Assembly: GCA_009703125.1 (NCBI GenBank)
Contig: WLGS01000001.1
Coordinates: 29,860 to 93,859, forward strand
DNA length: 64,000 nucleotides
Direction of reading: 5' to 3'
Origin: Actinomycetota bacterium
Lineage (GTDB): Bacteria; Actinomycetota; Acidimicrobiia; Acidimicrobiales; Ilumatobacteraceae
Shown here: positions 1 through 10,319 of the stretch, one piece after another
How the letters are laid out: each line of letters begins with the position of its first letter
Numbering within the stretch: the stretch's first letter is position 1
The notes under the pieces: generated by a model
What the model saw: the letters and a program-made list of their open reading frames with translations, nothing else
Told to the model about the DNA's origin: nothing
Databases searched by the model: none
Made by a program: the position numbers and the translations under genes

Positions 1-1422
1 AAGCAGGGCAACCGTTGGAGCGAGAGATTGCTGCACGAGCTGGAATTGTGGTCTGCAACTGTGGGCTTCCGTCCCGCAACCATTGATGAACTGTGGCAAA
101 GAGTGTTGACGCAGCAGTTCCACGACATCATTCCAGGTTCTTCCATTGCATGGGTTCACCAGGATGCCGAAGCTGAGTTCGCTGCGGTTGCAGAAGAAAT
201 CGAAGTCATTCTTGCGCGATTGATTCCTGTAGAACAAGGCCCAACGCATGTGTTGAACCCAGCGCCTGTTGCAATCCAGCAAGTAATTGATGTGGATGGT
301 GTGCCTGCATGGGTCAATGTGGCGCCCTTTAGTACAGCGGCCACGGAAGACGTTCTTCCTGAATGGTTCGGCGAGATTGTGCACGTGAGGGAAGACAAGA
401 ACGAATGGCACATCAACAATGGCCATCTGTATGTATCCATCTCACACGACGGAACCATCACATCACTGAGCAATGGTGCGCGAAATGTCCTACCCGAAGG
501 ACAATTCCCCACATTCACCTTGCGCAACGATCGCCCCGCCGAATACGACGCATGGGACATCGATATGGCAGATGCCAATGCTCCTGCGACAATGACATTG
601 CACAACGGTGTTGCAGCACTGGTGGAACACTCACCCATGCGAGCGATTGTGGAGTGCTCCTACGCAACAGAAGCATCACAGTTCACTGTGCGCTACACCA
701 TCTCTGCGGGTTCCCCTCGACTAGACATTTCCCTTGATGCCAACTGGCAAGAGAACGAACAACGATTGCAATGGTGTCTCCCGACTGATGTTCATGCTCG
801 AGAGGCAGTGTTTGGCACACAATTCGGTCACGTTCGTCGACCACGACATGCAAACACCAGTTGGGATCTTGCACAGTTTGAAGTGTGCGGACATCGTTAT
901 GCCGCAGTGCATGAACCTCGCTTTGGCGTAGCACTGCTAGCAGATGGCCCACGTGGTTATGACGTGCGTGACAACCAGATACGCCTCACTGTGTTACGCG
1001 CACCACGCTTCCCTGATCCTTTTGCCGATCGTGGACGACAGAAAATTGAATGGTCCGTGTTGTTGACCGACGGTGACCCCATTGTGCACGGTATTGAACT
1101 CGAAGCTTCACGTATTGCACATCCACTACGCATTGTGGATGGCGTACCTCAAGTGACACCGTTCCATGTGGACGTTGACATCGACGGTGTCATGATCAGC
1201 GCACTCAAACCCGCAGATAATGACAACGGCGACATCATTATTCGTCTTTGGGAAACAACTGGTGGTCGCGCGAACGGAGCCTTGACCGTTCCTGGTTTTG
1301 CTGTGGTATCTGACTGCGATGCGTTAGAGGTGCCCTGTGGCGATGCTTGGCGCACAACCGATGGTGCAATTCAACTCACACTCGAAGCATTTCAGATTCG
1401 CACACTTCGACTTTCGAAGTAA
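1..1422 (+). CDS. alpha-mannosidase, glycoside hydrolase family 38, C-terminal part (5' end outside window)
   Basis: Frame 1 is open from base 1, with no stop before the ORF-track start at 28. The translation contains the GH38-type QQFHDIIPGSSI motif followed by a long beta-rich C-terminal region. Confidence 0.75.
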   Translation, partial: KQGNRWSERLLHELELWSATVGFRPATIDELWQRVLTQQFHDIIPGSSIAWVHQDAEAEFAAVAEEIEVILARLIPVEQGPTHVLNPAPVAIQQVIDVDGVPAWVNVAPFSTAATEDVLPEWFGEIVHVREDKNEWHINNGHLYVSISHDGTITSLSNGARNVLPEGQFPTFTLRNDRPAEYDAWDIDMADANAPATMTLHNGVAALVEHSPMRAIVECSYATEASQFTVRYTISAGSPRLDISLDANWQENEQRLQWCLPTDVHAREAVFGTQFGHVRRPRHANTSWDLAQFEVCGHRYAAVHEPRFGVALLADGPRGYDVRDNQIRLTVLRAPRFPDPFADRGRQKIEWSVLLTDGDPIVHGIELEASRIAHPLRIVDGVPQVTPFHVDVDIDGVMISALKPADNDNGDIIIRLWETTGGRANGALTVPGFAVVSDCDALEVPCGDAWRTTDGAIQLTLEAFQIRTLRLSK

Positions 1423-1425
1423 CGA

Positions 1426-2100
1426 CTACTGACTCGCAACGCGTTCACACGCCACTCGGCGAAATGGATCGCTCACCAAAACTGAATAGAACCCAAATCG
1501 GGGTGAACAGTTTCCAGAAAATGGGAGAAGTAGATGCTTAGTCTCCATTTCCCCTGTCACACGGTCCAGTGGCCAACTGCCTGTCATGTCGGCGGGAGTG
1601 AGTCTTCGCGACAACTGACTGGGATTGATGGCGCCGGAATAGATGCCTTCTTCATTGAGTTTTGACGTGCGCAATTCAACCACGCCAAAACGGGTCGACA
1701 CTTCGTTCGCCACGCGTTGCGCTTCGTCTGCATCAGCCGCTGCGCCATCAGCAATGGACTTCACCTTGCCTGCCGCCGAGGCGGCTTCGCGAGCCACACG
1801 TTCGGCATCAGCAACATCTGATTGAAGCGTGGCAATTGTTCCCGTCAGTGTTTCCACTTGATTCGTGAGATCTTCCACGAGTCGACGCAACTCGTCAATC
1901 TCATCACCGGGGATTATTCCTGGCACATCACCATCTTCTCCCTCTTCACCATCGCCAGGCACCGTAACGGTGGCCACTGTGCTGGAGTTGTCGGAAGTTT
2001 GCAGAGCACCCGAGCTTGCCCACACGACCCCGACCACAAATATGGAAACGGCAATAGCCAAGAACGAGGAACTCACAAGACGGGAACTAAATCTACGCAT
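1426..2100 (-). CDS. hypothetical membrane-anchored protein with acidic linker and coiled-coil-like segment
   Basis: The N-terminus MRRFSSRLVSSSFLAIAVSIFVVGVVWA looks like a signal anchor. It is followed by a D/E/G-rich stretch and a heptad-like A/E/V-rich region. I recognise no family motif. Confidence 0.45.
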   Translation of the reverse strand: MRRFSSRLVSSSFLAIAVSIFVVGVVWASSGALQTSDNSSTVATVTVPGDGEEGEDGDVPGIIPGDEIDELRRLVEDLTNQVETLTGTIATLQSDVADAERVAREAASAAGKVKSIADGAAADADEAQRVANEVSTRFGVVELRTSKLNEEGIYSGAINPSQLSRRLTPADMTGSWPLDRVTGEMETKHLLLPFSGNCSPRFGFYSVLVSDPFRRVACERVASQ

Positions 2101-2163
2101 GCCCTCACTCTATGGAGGGGCTGTGTCGCCTCGTGATGGAGGTGCTGTGGCGCACTACTGTAC

Positions 2164-3174
2164 ATGTGTTGTTGTATGCAACGAATACAAGGGGGCTCCG
2201 TGTCGCAACGTTTTTCCAATGGTTATACAGGTCTTGTCGCGGTAGTCACCGGTGGTGGAACTGGGATGGGTCGTGAGTTGGTGCGCCAACTCACACAGCA
2301 AGGTTGCCACGTTGCAACTTGTGACGTGATTGCGGAGAATCTTGAAGAGACCGCACAGATGTGTGTGAATGATGCACACCCTGGCGAAGTGTTGACTTTT
2401 GTGGCCGATGTTTCCAACGAAACACAAGTCCTCGCATTTCGTGATGCGGTCGCCGCATGGAAACCGCATGTACATGTTCTCTTTAACAATGCAGGAATCG
2501 GTGGTGGCGGAAGCCTGATTGACAACTCCCGCGAGGAATGGGAAAAGACATTCAATGTGTGTTGGGGTGGCGTGTATTTGAACACGCGCGCCTTCTTGCC
2601 ATTGCTATTGAAAGCACCATTCGGGCATATTGTGAACACAAGTTCTGTCAACGGTTTCTGGGCTTCTCTTGGGCCCAGCGTGTCACACTCGGCATACAGT
2701 GCAGCAAAGTTTGCCGTGAAGGGTTTCACTGAAGCACTTATCACTGACTTCCGTCTCACTGCACCCACACTCGGTGTATCTGTGGTGATGCCAGGACATA
2801 TCGGAACCAGCATCATGATTAACTCTGGCAAACTGCACGGCAATGATCCCAAAGAGATGAGCGTGGAGCAGATTGCACAAATTCGTGAGCGTTATGAGAA
2901 ATCAGGAATCGATACATCGTCTGCTAGCGATGAAGATATTCGCGTCTTGTTGCAGATGGGAGCCGAAGGATTCCGCGACGCAGCACCTATGACAGCAGCA
3001 GATGCATCGGCGCATATTCTTTCCGAAGTGGCCCAAGGTAAGTGGCGAATTCTTGTTGGCGATGACGCAGTGGTACTCGATGAAGAAGTACGCAAAGATC
3101 CATCTATTGCCTATGAGCCTGAGTTTCTCGAGCGCATTCATACTCGCGGTGCACTCAACCAAATCACCGGCTAA
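2164..3174 (+). CDS. short-chain dehydrogenase/reductase (SDR) family oxidoreductase
   Basis: Rossmann motif VAVVTGGGTGMG, NNAG motif (FNNAGIGG) and catalytic Y-x3-K (YSAAKFAV). The true start may be an internal Met a few codons downstream. Confidence 0.85.
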   Translation: MCCCMQRIQGGSVSQRFSNGYTGLVAVVTGGGTGMGRELVRQLTQQGCHVATCDVIAENLEETAQMCVNDAHPGEVLTFVADVSNETQVLAFRDAVAAWKPHVHVLFNNAGIGGGGSLIDNSREEWEKTFNVCWGGVYLNTRAFLPLLLKAPFGHIVNTSSVNGFWASLGPSVSHSAYSAAKFAVKGFTEALITDFRLTAPTLGVSVVMPGHIGTSIMINSGKLHGNDPKEMSVEQIAQIRERYEKSGIDTSSASDEDIRVLLQMGAEGFRDAAPMTAADASAHILSEVAQGKWRILVGDDAVVLDEEVRKDPSIAYEPEFLERIHTRGALNQITG

Positions 3175-3200
3175 CCCTAAAAACATGTCAAACTGAGCAC

Positions 3201-3977
3201 ATGTTTACTCCACCGGATTATTTGTCGCCTTCGGCAATTCGTACATTTCAGGATTGTCCGCAGAAGTTCAAACTCGGTCGATTCGACAACATCAAAGAGC
3301 CACCTACTTGGCATACACATGTGGGCAACTTTGTGCACGAAGTCCTGGAACACCTGTATCAATTACCCCACGAAGAACGCAATGTAGATGCCGTGCGTAC
3401 CTTGGCGGGAAATCTGTGGACAGCCAATGATTGGGAAAATCGCGTCACCGCACTTGCCGAACCCTTGGGCAGTACAAAAGATTTCAAAGTCACTGCATTT
3501 AAGAACATGACGAATCTGTGGAACTTAGAAGATCCTGCAGAGACAGATCTAGATGACATGGAAATGACCGTGGTGGCCGAAGTTGAAGGTGTCCGCATGA
3601 AGGGCATTATCGATCGTGTTGCCATCAACGACGAACAATTTGCCGTCATCTCTGATTACAAGACGGGGAAAATTCCGAATCCGAAATTTGATTCCGAAGA
3701 CAAGACCTTCTTTCAGTTACTTGCCTATGCACTCATGCTGGAATCATCTGATGGTGTTCCCACATCACAGCTTGAACTTTTGTATTTGGCGCACTCCACA
3801 AAGTTGGAACTTGAAGTCACTCCGGTGAAGCTGTCCATTGCCAAAGGCACCATCGTGGAGACAAAAGAAAATCTGGACAAAGCATGTGAGACAGGTGAGT
3901 TCGTCTGCAATGTGACAAACCTGTGTAACTGGTGCCATTACAAGAAAATTGGCGTCTGCCCCGCTCACCAGAGCTGA
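3201..3977 (+). CDS. PD-(D/E)XK nuclease family protein (RecB/Cas4-like, probable Fe-S cluster)
   Basis: Motifs IIDRV...ISDYKTGK...FQLLAYAL (D / D-x-K / Q-x3-Y). There is one N-terminal Cys (FQDCPQKF) and a C-terminal C-x5-C-x2-C-x7-C cluster. Confidence 0.7.
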   Translation: MFTPPDYLSPSAIRTFQDCPQKFKLGRFDNIKEPPTWHTHVGNFVHEVLEHLYQLPHEERNVDAVRTLAGNLWTANDWENRVTALAEPLGSTKDFKVTAFKNMTNLWNLEDPAETDLDDMEMTVVAEVEGVRMKGIIDRVAINDEQFAVISDYKTGKIPNPKFDSEDKTFFQLLAYALMLESSDGVPTSQLELLYLAHSTKLELEVTPVKLSIAKGTIVETKENLDKACETGEFVCNVTNLCNWCHYKKIGVCPAHQS

Positions 3978-3980
3978 CAG

Positions 3981-5480
3981 TTACTCAAATCGCAGGCAGC
4001 CGTCTTCTAAATCAGCGTTAGGAAGAATGTCTTTTTCTAGCCAGTAGTCCTGGTTATGCATCCATTCATCTTTCTTGCCGGACTTTGGCATGAGATGTTG
4101 TGCACGCATCAGGTAGTTCGGGTTGAAATTGTCAGGGTCCATCCATGGACCAATTTCCATCTCGGCGTCTTCGGGGCGCAATTGTGGGGTCACCTTATGC
4201 GCGCCCTTTTTCTCCATTAATGCAAACATGCGCATGATGAAGTCGGCCATGATGTCCACGCGCAGTGTCCAACTTGCGCGAAAGTATCCAAAGACCCATG
4301 CAAGATTGGGAACACCAGTGAACATCATTCCTCGATACGTCACCGTCTGGCTCCACTCCAAAGGCTTTCCATCTACAACGAAAGGAATGTCACCCAAAAC
4401 GGAAAGATGAAAACCTGTTGCAGTCACAATGATGTCAGCGTCTAATTGCACACCGCCTTTGGTGAGAATGCCGTTTTCATTAAATGTCTCAATCTCATCG
4501 GTTACCACGCTTGCTTTGCCCGACTTGATACCGGCGAAAAGATCACCGTCGGGAACAAATGCAAGACGTTGTTGCCACGGGCGATAGCTCGGAGTGAAAT
4601 GCTTCATGTCGAAGTCTTCGGGAAGCAATGGTTTGATTCCCTCGAGCAACTGTTCTTTCAAAAAGTCAGGCTGCTGGAAACCAAGATCAGCAATGACTTT
4701 CTGATCAAACAACACCTTGCGACGCACAATCTCGTGGATCCACATTTCGTCGATCTCTAATTGACGAAGTGTGTCTGCAAGTTCATTGGCATTACGTCCT
4801 GGTACAAAGTACGTCGGCGAGCGCTGCAGCATTGTGATGTGGGCAACATCTTTTGCCATTGCGGGCACCAAAGTTGCAGATGTCGCTCCAGAGCCGATGA
4901 CCACAACGCGCTTGTCTTTGTAATCAAGATCATCGGGCCATGTTTGCGGATGCACAATCTGTCCTTTGAACGATGACATGTTGGGCCACTCGGGTGTATA
5001 CCCCTCAGAGTGCTTGTAATAGCCCTGACACATCCAAAGAAAGTTTGCACTCATCTGGAACTTCTCATTGGTCGCCAAGTTGGTGACATCAACTGTCCAA
5101 CGATTATCTGCACTGGACCATGACGCACCCGTGATGCGATGGCGGTAACGAATGTGCTGGTCGAGGTTGTTGTCCTCGATCACCTCTCCCATGTACTTCT
5201 TGATTTCCGCCGATGATGCAATCGGTGTGCCTGTCCATGGCTTAAAGCGATAGCCGAATGTGTACAAGTCGGAGTCAGAACGCACACCCGGGTACTTGTG
5301 CATATGCCAGGTGCCGCCGAAGGTTTCATAGGCCTCAAGAACAACGAAACTCTTCTCAGGTGCTTGGTCTTGCATGTGGTAGGCCGTGCCTACCCCAGAG
5401 ATACCTGCCCCCACAATCAAGACATCGAAATGCTCAATCCCCTGGCGGATCCCTGGTGTCGCGGTCTCTGTTAGAGCCAT
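3981..5480 (-). CDS. flavin-dependent Baeyer-Villiger-type monooxygenase
   Basis: FAD-binding VLIVGAGISGVG, FGGTW, BVMO fingerprint FKGQIVHPQTWP (F-x-G-x3-H-x3-W-P) and a second dinucleotide motif VVVIGSGATS. Confidence 0.85.
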   Translation of the reverse strand: MALTETATPGIRQGIEHFDVLIVGAGISGVGTAYHMQDQAPEKSFVVLEAYETFGGTWHMHKYPGVRSDSDLYTFGYRFKPWTGTPIASSAEIKKYMGEVIEDNNLDQHIRYRHRITGASWSSADNRWTVDVTNLATNEKFQMSANFLWMCQGYYKHSEGYTPEWPNMSSFKGQIVHPQTWPDDLDYKDKRVVVIGSGATSATLVPAMAKDVAHITMLQRSPTYFVPGRNANELADTLRQLEIDEMWIHEIVRRKVLFDQKVIADLGFQQPDFLKEQLLEGIKPLLPEDFDMKHFTPSYRPWQQRLAFVPDGDLFAGIKSGKASVVTDEIETFNENGILTKGGVQLDADIIVTATGFHLSVLGDIPFVVDGKPLEWSQTVTYRGMMFTGVPNLAWVFGYFRASWTLRVDIMADFIMRMFALMEKKGAHKVTPQLRPEDAEMEIGPWMDPDNFNPNYLMRAQHLMPKSGKKDEWMHNQDYWLEKDILPNADLEDGCLRFE

Positions 5481-5605
5481 AGTGCCCCCTTGTCTCTCCT
5501 GTTGATACTAGGAAGCAACGCCCATGTACCGAGAGTCGAACCTGACGCGATTCCAAGAGAATTCGCATCGCCCGAGACGACTACCATGCCCACAGGGGGT
5601 AGGTC

Positions 5606-7351
5606 ATGTTTGACATCATCATTCGCAACGGCACCATCATCGACGGCACAGGCGCGCAACGCTGGGTCGGAGACATTGCAATCCAAGACGGTCTTATCGC
5701 ACAGATTGATACCCACATTGATGCGGACGCTCACGAAGAAATCGATGCCAAAGGTTTGCTTGTCACTCCAGGTTTCATCGATATTCATACCCATTACGAC
5801 GGTCAAGTCAGTTGGGATACTTTGCTTGAGCCCTCAAGCGCACATGGAGTAACCACTGTTGTTGTCGGAAACTGCGGCGTAGGTTTCGCACCCGTGCGCC
5901 CCGGCAAAGAGGAATGGCTTGTGCAGTTGATGGAAGGTGTTGAAGACATTCCCGGCACTGCACTGCATGAGGGAATCACGTGGGATTGGGAAACGTTCCC
6001 GGAATACCTGAATGCAATTGATCAACGTCGTTATGCAGTAGACGTTGCAGCGTATGTTCCCCATGGTGCAGTACGTGGCTATGTAATGGGAGAACGTGGC
6101 GCACGCAATGAAGATGCAACGGCCGCGGATATAAATGAAATGGCACGCATTGTGCGTGAAGCACGCGAAGCCGGCGCCATCGGATTTTCTACGAGTCGCA
6201 CAATGGGACACAAAGCAAAAGACGGCGAGCCCGTACCTGGAACTTTTGCCAATAGCGAAGAATTGAATGCACTTGCAGATGCGTTAGTTGCCGGCGGTGG
6301 TGGAATTTTTGAAGTTGCACCCGAAGTACTTCCCGATGGCGGCAACCAGCCCACCATGGGAATGAAAGAAGAAATGGAATGGATGGGCGATCTTGCATTG
6401 CGTACAGATCTCAAAGTGACCTATCTGTTGTTGCAATACATGACGATGCCTGATGCATGGAAGTATGCACTTGACTTTTCCAGTGATGTTCTTGCCAAAG
6501 GTGGCTACCTACGTCCGCAAGTTGCTGCACGACCATTCGGCATGATGATCAATTGGGCCGGCTATCACCCTTTCGCAAAGCGACCCACCTTTATTGAATT
6601 GTCGTCAACGCTTTCTCTCGATGATCTTCGCCGCGAACTTGCACGGCCTGAGATTCGCGCAAAGATTCTTTCCGAAACCGACATTGCGTCGGACCCCAGC
6701 ATTCAATTTGATGGACTAGGTCCCGCATTGGGAATGATTCCGCATCTCTTGTATTCCATGGGTGACACCGTTGATTACGAACCCACCCACGAGATGTCGG
6801 TGAAAGCACTAGCCGAAGCTGCCGGCGTCTCAACTTTTGAAATGGCCTATGACCTTTTGAATCAGCAGGGCGGCACCGCATCACTGATGTTTCCCACACT
6901 GAACTACGTCGGTGAAAACCATGACGTGATTTACGAGATGTTGACTCATCCTGCAGCAATCAACGGCTTAAGTGACGGCGGTGCACATGTGCGGATGATC
7001 TGTGATGCATCCATTCCCACCTATTTATTGACGCATTGGGCCAGAGACCGTCAACGTGGACCGCGCTTGGAACTCGAAGAGGCCGTGCGGCTTCAAACCT
7101 CTGCCACAGCAGAAGTTATGGGCGTGCCCGATCGTGGTGTGCTTGCACCTGGAATGCGGGCCGATATCAACGTGATTGACTTTGAAAATTTGACTCTCGA
7201 GGCCCCACGGGCGGTCAATGACCTACCCGCAGGCGGCCGTCGCCTTCTCCAATCAGCCCATGGCTACGTTGCAACCATCGTCAATGGGTTAGTCACGCGT
7301 CGAAACGGTGCGGACACGGGTGCACGACCTGGACGATTAGTGCGTGCATAA
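5606..7351 (+). CDS. amidohydrolase family protein, N-acyl-D-amino-acid deacylase (D-aminoacylase)-like
   Basis: N-terminus FDIIIRNGTIIDGTG...GFIDIHTHYD (metal-binding H-x-H) and length typical of D-aminoacylases. A good SD (GGGGGTAGG) lies upstream of the ATG at 5606. Confidence 0.8.
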   Translation: MFDIIIRNGTIIDGTGAQRWVGDIAIQDGLIAQIDTHIDADAHEEIDAKGLLVTPGFIDIHTHYDGQVSWDTLLEPSSAHGVTTVVVGNCGVGFAPVRPGKEEWLVQLMEGVEDIPGTALHEGITWDWETFPEYLNAIDQRRYAVDVAAYVPHGAVRGYVMGERGARNEDATAADINEMARIVREAREAGAIGFSTSRTMGHKAKDGEPVPGTFANSEELNALADALVAGGGGIFEVAPEVLPDGGNQPTMGMKEEMEWMGDLALRTDLKVTYLLLQYMTMPDAWKYALDFSSDVLAKGGYLRPQVAARPFGMMINWAGYHPFAKRPTFIELSSTLSLDDLRRELARPEIRAKILSETDIASDPSIQFDGLGPALGMIPHLLYSMGDTVDYEPTHEMSVKALAEAAGVSTFEMAYDLLNQQGGTASLMFPTLNYVGENHDVIYEMLTHPAAINGLSDGGAHVRMICDASIPTYLLTHWARDRQRGPRLELEEAVRLQTSATAEVMGVPDRGVLAPGMRADINVIDFENLTLEAPRAVNDLPAGGRRLLQSAHGYVATIVNGLVTRRNGADTGARPGRLVRA

Positions 7352-7436
7352 ATAAATAGGTGTAGTTTCCTTCACCTCATTCGTGCCGAAATGTTCTCGT
7401 GCCGAACGTCACTTTTGCGGTATAGATTTTGTCCTC

Positions 7437-9005
7437 ATGAGTAGGGAAATCACCACCATCGCAGACATCATCCGCACCCATGGCAAGAACATGGCTGGCA
7501 CCACCTCATTGGTGGAAGGCCAACGCACACGTACGTGGGGTGAATTACTCGAGCGTTCTGTACGCGTTGCGAATGCACTTCGCACAGCAGGTATCAATGC
7601 ACAAGATCGCGTTGCATTCTTAGACAAGAACAGCATCGAACACTTTGAAATTTTCTATGGTTGCTCACTGATCAATGCAGTCTCTGTAGATATCAACTGG
7701 CGACTAGCAGGACCTGAGGTTGAATTCATTGTTAATGATGCTGCAGCAAAAGTGCTCGTCGTTCATGCTGATTTTCTTCCTGTTATTGAACCCATTCGCG
7801 CAAATCTCACAAGCACCAAGTTGATTGTCGTCATCGGTGGTGCTGGCGGAGACATTGATTATGAATCATGGCTTGCAGGTGCTTCTACTGAAGACCCTGG
7901 TGTGATTTCTGAAGATCACGATGTTGCATTCCAGTTGTACTCAAGTGGAACAACTGGTCGCCCTAAGGGTGTCATGCTCACCAACAACAACTTCTTCTGT
8001 TTGTTGCCTGGTGCACGTCAGTTCTGGAAGCTCAGCGATGACATGGTGAACCTTGTTGCCATGCCGCTCTTCCACATTGGTGGTGGCGGTTGGGCAACTG
8101 CGGGACAATACGTCGGCGCAAAATCCATCATCGTGCGCGAACTTGATCCTGCAGGCATCATTAACTTGATTCAGGAACACAGAATCACACACGGTTTCCT
8201 CGTGCCTGTTGCCTTGCAGTTCATGTTGATGATGCCCAATGTCAACGATGCAGACTTCTCCAGCTTGAGCCTCATGGTGTACGGCGCATCGCCAATCTCG
8301 TTAGAGGTTCTCACCAAGAGCGTCGAGACATTCAAGTGCGACTTCATGCAGGTGTACGGTCTCACCGAAACAACTGGTGCAACCACATTGCTTCCTGCAG
8401 AAGATCACGACCCCAATGGTCCGAACCCACATCGTTTGCGTTCATGTGGACTCCCCGCCCCTGGCGTAGAGATTCGCATCATGAACAATGCAAACAACAC
8501 CGAAGTACCTACCGGCGAAGTCGGCGAAATTTGGGTGAAGTCACCACAAGTGATGAAGGGCTACTGGAACAATCAGAAGGCAACCGATGAATCGATCACT
8601 TCAGATGGTTGGTTCAAGACTGGTGACGCTGGATACAAAGATGCAGATGGCTACATCTACATTCACGACCGCGTGAAAGACATGATTGTCTCGGGTGGCG
8701 AGAACGTGTACCCCGCAGAAGTGGAAAGCGCATTGATGAGCCATCCAGGAATTGCAGACGTTGCAGTTATTGGTGTTCCCGATGCCAAGTGGGGCGAGAC
8801 CGTGAAGGCAATTGTTGTGAAAGCAGCAGGCGTTGAGGTCACAGAGAACGACATCATCGAATTCGCAAAGGCAAATCTTGCAAAGTTCAAGTGCCCCACA
8901 TCAGTGGATTGGATCGATGCACTCCCACGCAACCCAAGCGGAAAGATTCTCAAGAAGGACCTTCGGGCGCCTTACTGGGAAGGCCGCGAAAGAATGGTCA
9001 ACTAG
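7437..9005 (+). CDS. AMP-dependent acyl-CoA synthetase / long-chain fatty acid-CoA ligase
   Basis: AMP-binding motif YSSGTTGRPKGV, plus GYWNN...DGWFKTGD and SGKILKKDLR. I chose the ATG at 7437 (MSREITT) over the upstream GTG at 7383 because family N-termini are short. Confidence 0.85.
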   Translation: MSREITTIADIIRTHGKNMAGTTSLVEGQRTRTWGELLERSVRVANALRTAGINAQDRVAFLDKNSIEHFEIFYGCSLINAVSVDINWRLAGPEVEFIVNDAAAKVLVVHADFLPVIEPIRANLTSTKLIVVIGGAGGDIDYESWLAGASTEDPGVISEDHDVAFQLYSSGTTGRPKGVMLTNNNFFCLLPGARQFWKLSDDMVNLVAMPLFHIGGGGWATAGQYVGAKSIIVRELDPAGIINLIQEHRITHGFLVPVALQFMLMMPNVNDADFSSLSLMVYGASPISLEVLTKSVETFKCDFMQVYGLTETTGATTLLPAEDHDPNGPNPHRLRSCGLPAPGVEIRIMNNANNTEVPTGEVGEIWVKSPQVMKGYWNNQKATDESITSDGWFKTGDAGYKDADGYIYIHDRVKDMIVSGGENVYPAEVESALMSHPGIADVAVIGVPDAKWGETVKAIVVKAAGVEVTENDIIEFAKANLAKFKCPTSVDWIDALPRNPSGKILKKDLRAPYWEGRERMVN

Positions 9006-9745
9006 CGACCCTTCCATTCAGGTGCGCGCTTTTGTGCAAACGCTGTTGCGCCCTCTTTGGCATCTTCGCTAGAGAAGACTTTCTTTTGTAACTCACCCAT
9101 GAGGGCTGGGTTACCAGAGCCAATTTCGTCAAGCATCAACTCTTTAGTTGCCTGCACTGCTAATGGACCATTGGCGGTAATGCGACCAGCGAGAGCAAGT
9201 GCTGCGTCGCGTAACTGCGTTACAGGAACAACCTGATTGATAAGGCCCAAAGTTGCTGCACGTGCTGCATCAATGGGGTCACCTGTGAGACCCATCTCTA
9301 ATGCAATCGCCAAAGGAATGCGTGCAGGAAGACGGACACCGCCACCTGCTGCGAACAAACCGCGCTTCACTTCTGGAATACCGAATCGTGCAGTTTCCAC
9401 TGCCACAACAAGATCACACATCATCACGACTTCAAAGCCGCCTGCAAGCGCGTGGCCATTTACTGCAGCAATCAATGGCTTCTTGCATGTGCGCAAGGCG
9501 GTGAAACCCATTCCAATCTTTGCCAGATCTTCGCCTGCAGCAAATGCCTTCAAGTCCATCCCGGCACAAAAGATCTTTTCTCCTGCGCCAGTGATCACGA
9601 TTGCGCGCACTTCGTCGTTTGTTGCGGCATCTGTCAGTGCATTTGACAAACCTTCGCTGAGCGCACCATTGAGAGCATTTCCTGCCTCAGGACGATTCAA
9701 GGTAATAACCAGAATGTTGTTGGTGATTTCTGTCAAGACTTCCAT
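9002..9745 (-). CDS. enoyl-CoA hydratase/isomerase (crotonase) family protein
   Basis: LVITLNRPEAGNAL, ITGAGEKIFCAGMDLK and ALAGGFEVVMMCD. The ATG at 9745 is preceded by AAAGGAG; the ORF-track extension to 9814 is unlikely to be real. Confidence 0.85.
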   Translation of the reverse strand: MEVLTEITNNILVITLNRPEAGNALNGALSEGLSNALTDAATNDEVRAIVITGAGEKIFCAGMDLKAFAAGEDLAKIGMGFTALRTCKKPLIAAVNGHALAGGFEVVMMCDLVVAVETARFGIPEVKRGLFAAGGGVRLPARIPLAIALEMGLTGDPIDAARAATLGLINQVVPVTQLRDAALALAGRITANGPLAVQATKELMLDEIGSGNPALMGELQKKVFSSEDAKEGATAFAQKRAPEWKGR

Positions 9746-9833
9746 GTGCACTCCTTTAAAAAGAACCCTCATACGATGCCACAGAGGTGCACAACGACCC
9801 CAATTGGGGCCCACCGATCAAGAACTACGAGGG

Positions 9834-10301
9834 TTACGAGGCCTCTGCTGCCTTGGCGAGGTTATCCATGGTGACTTCCATGTTGGCCTTGTTGTGTGCA
9901 GCACGATCAGCTACGCCGCTTACCCACTTGCCCAATGTGGAGGCAACCTTGGAACGATGATCAATCCAGCTGTGTGTGACGCGTGAACCCGTTGCAGTGG
10001 GTTCAATGTCATAGACCCAATCGCACCAGTTTTTCCCGCCGACCATCAAGCCGAATGAGAAATGTCGTGGAGCCTCGCAACCATTGACCTTCACAGATGT
10101 GGACCATGACCTTTTGCCATTGTTGTTATGGCCTTTGAATGTGGCGCCAACGCTTGGACCAGATGCATCTTTTGCCCATGTGCCGCCTTGATTCTCTGGA
10201 GACCACTCCCCCATGCGAGGCAAGTCAGTGACCATCTCCCAAATCTTTTGTGGCGAAGCCGCAATGTCGCGGGTGACGGAAACAGGTGGCTGTGAACTCA
10301 T
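9834..10301 (-). CDS. SRPBCC (START/polyketide-cyclase-like) family protein
   Basis: A roughly 155-aa protein with the typical pattern IAASPQKIWEMVTDLPRMGEWSPE...W.......G.RVTHS. Confidence 0.65.
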   Translation of the reverse strand: MSSQPPVSVTRDIAASPQKIWEMVTDLPRMGEWSPENQGGTWAKDASGPSVGATFKGHNNNGKRSWSTSVKVNGCEAPRHFSFGLMVGGKNWCDWVYDIEPTATGSRVTHSWIDHRSKVASTLGKWVSGVADRAAHNKANMEVTMDNLAKAAEAS

Positions 10302-10319
10302 GGGTTCATTGTGGCAGAA

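Noticed and set aside
2223-2852. 209-aa minus-strand ORF.
   Set aside because: It is antisense to the SDR gene, which has clear Rossmann and catalytic motifs.
9798-9809. 12-bp palindrome CCCCAATTGGGG between the SRPBCC and enoyl-CoA hydratase genes.
   Set aside because: It could be a weak terminator or restriction-type palindrome. The stem is only 4 bp once a loop is allowed, and there is no T-run, so it is not reported as a feature.
9237-9986. 249-aa plus-strand ORF.
   Set aside because: It is antisense to the well-supported enoyl-CoA hydratase and SRPBCC genes, and its translation is low-complexity.
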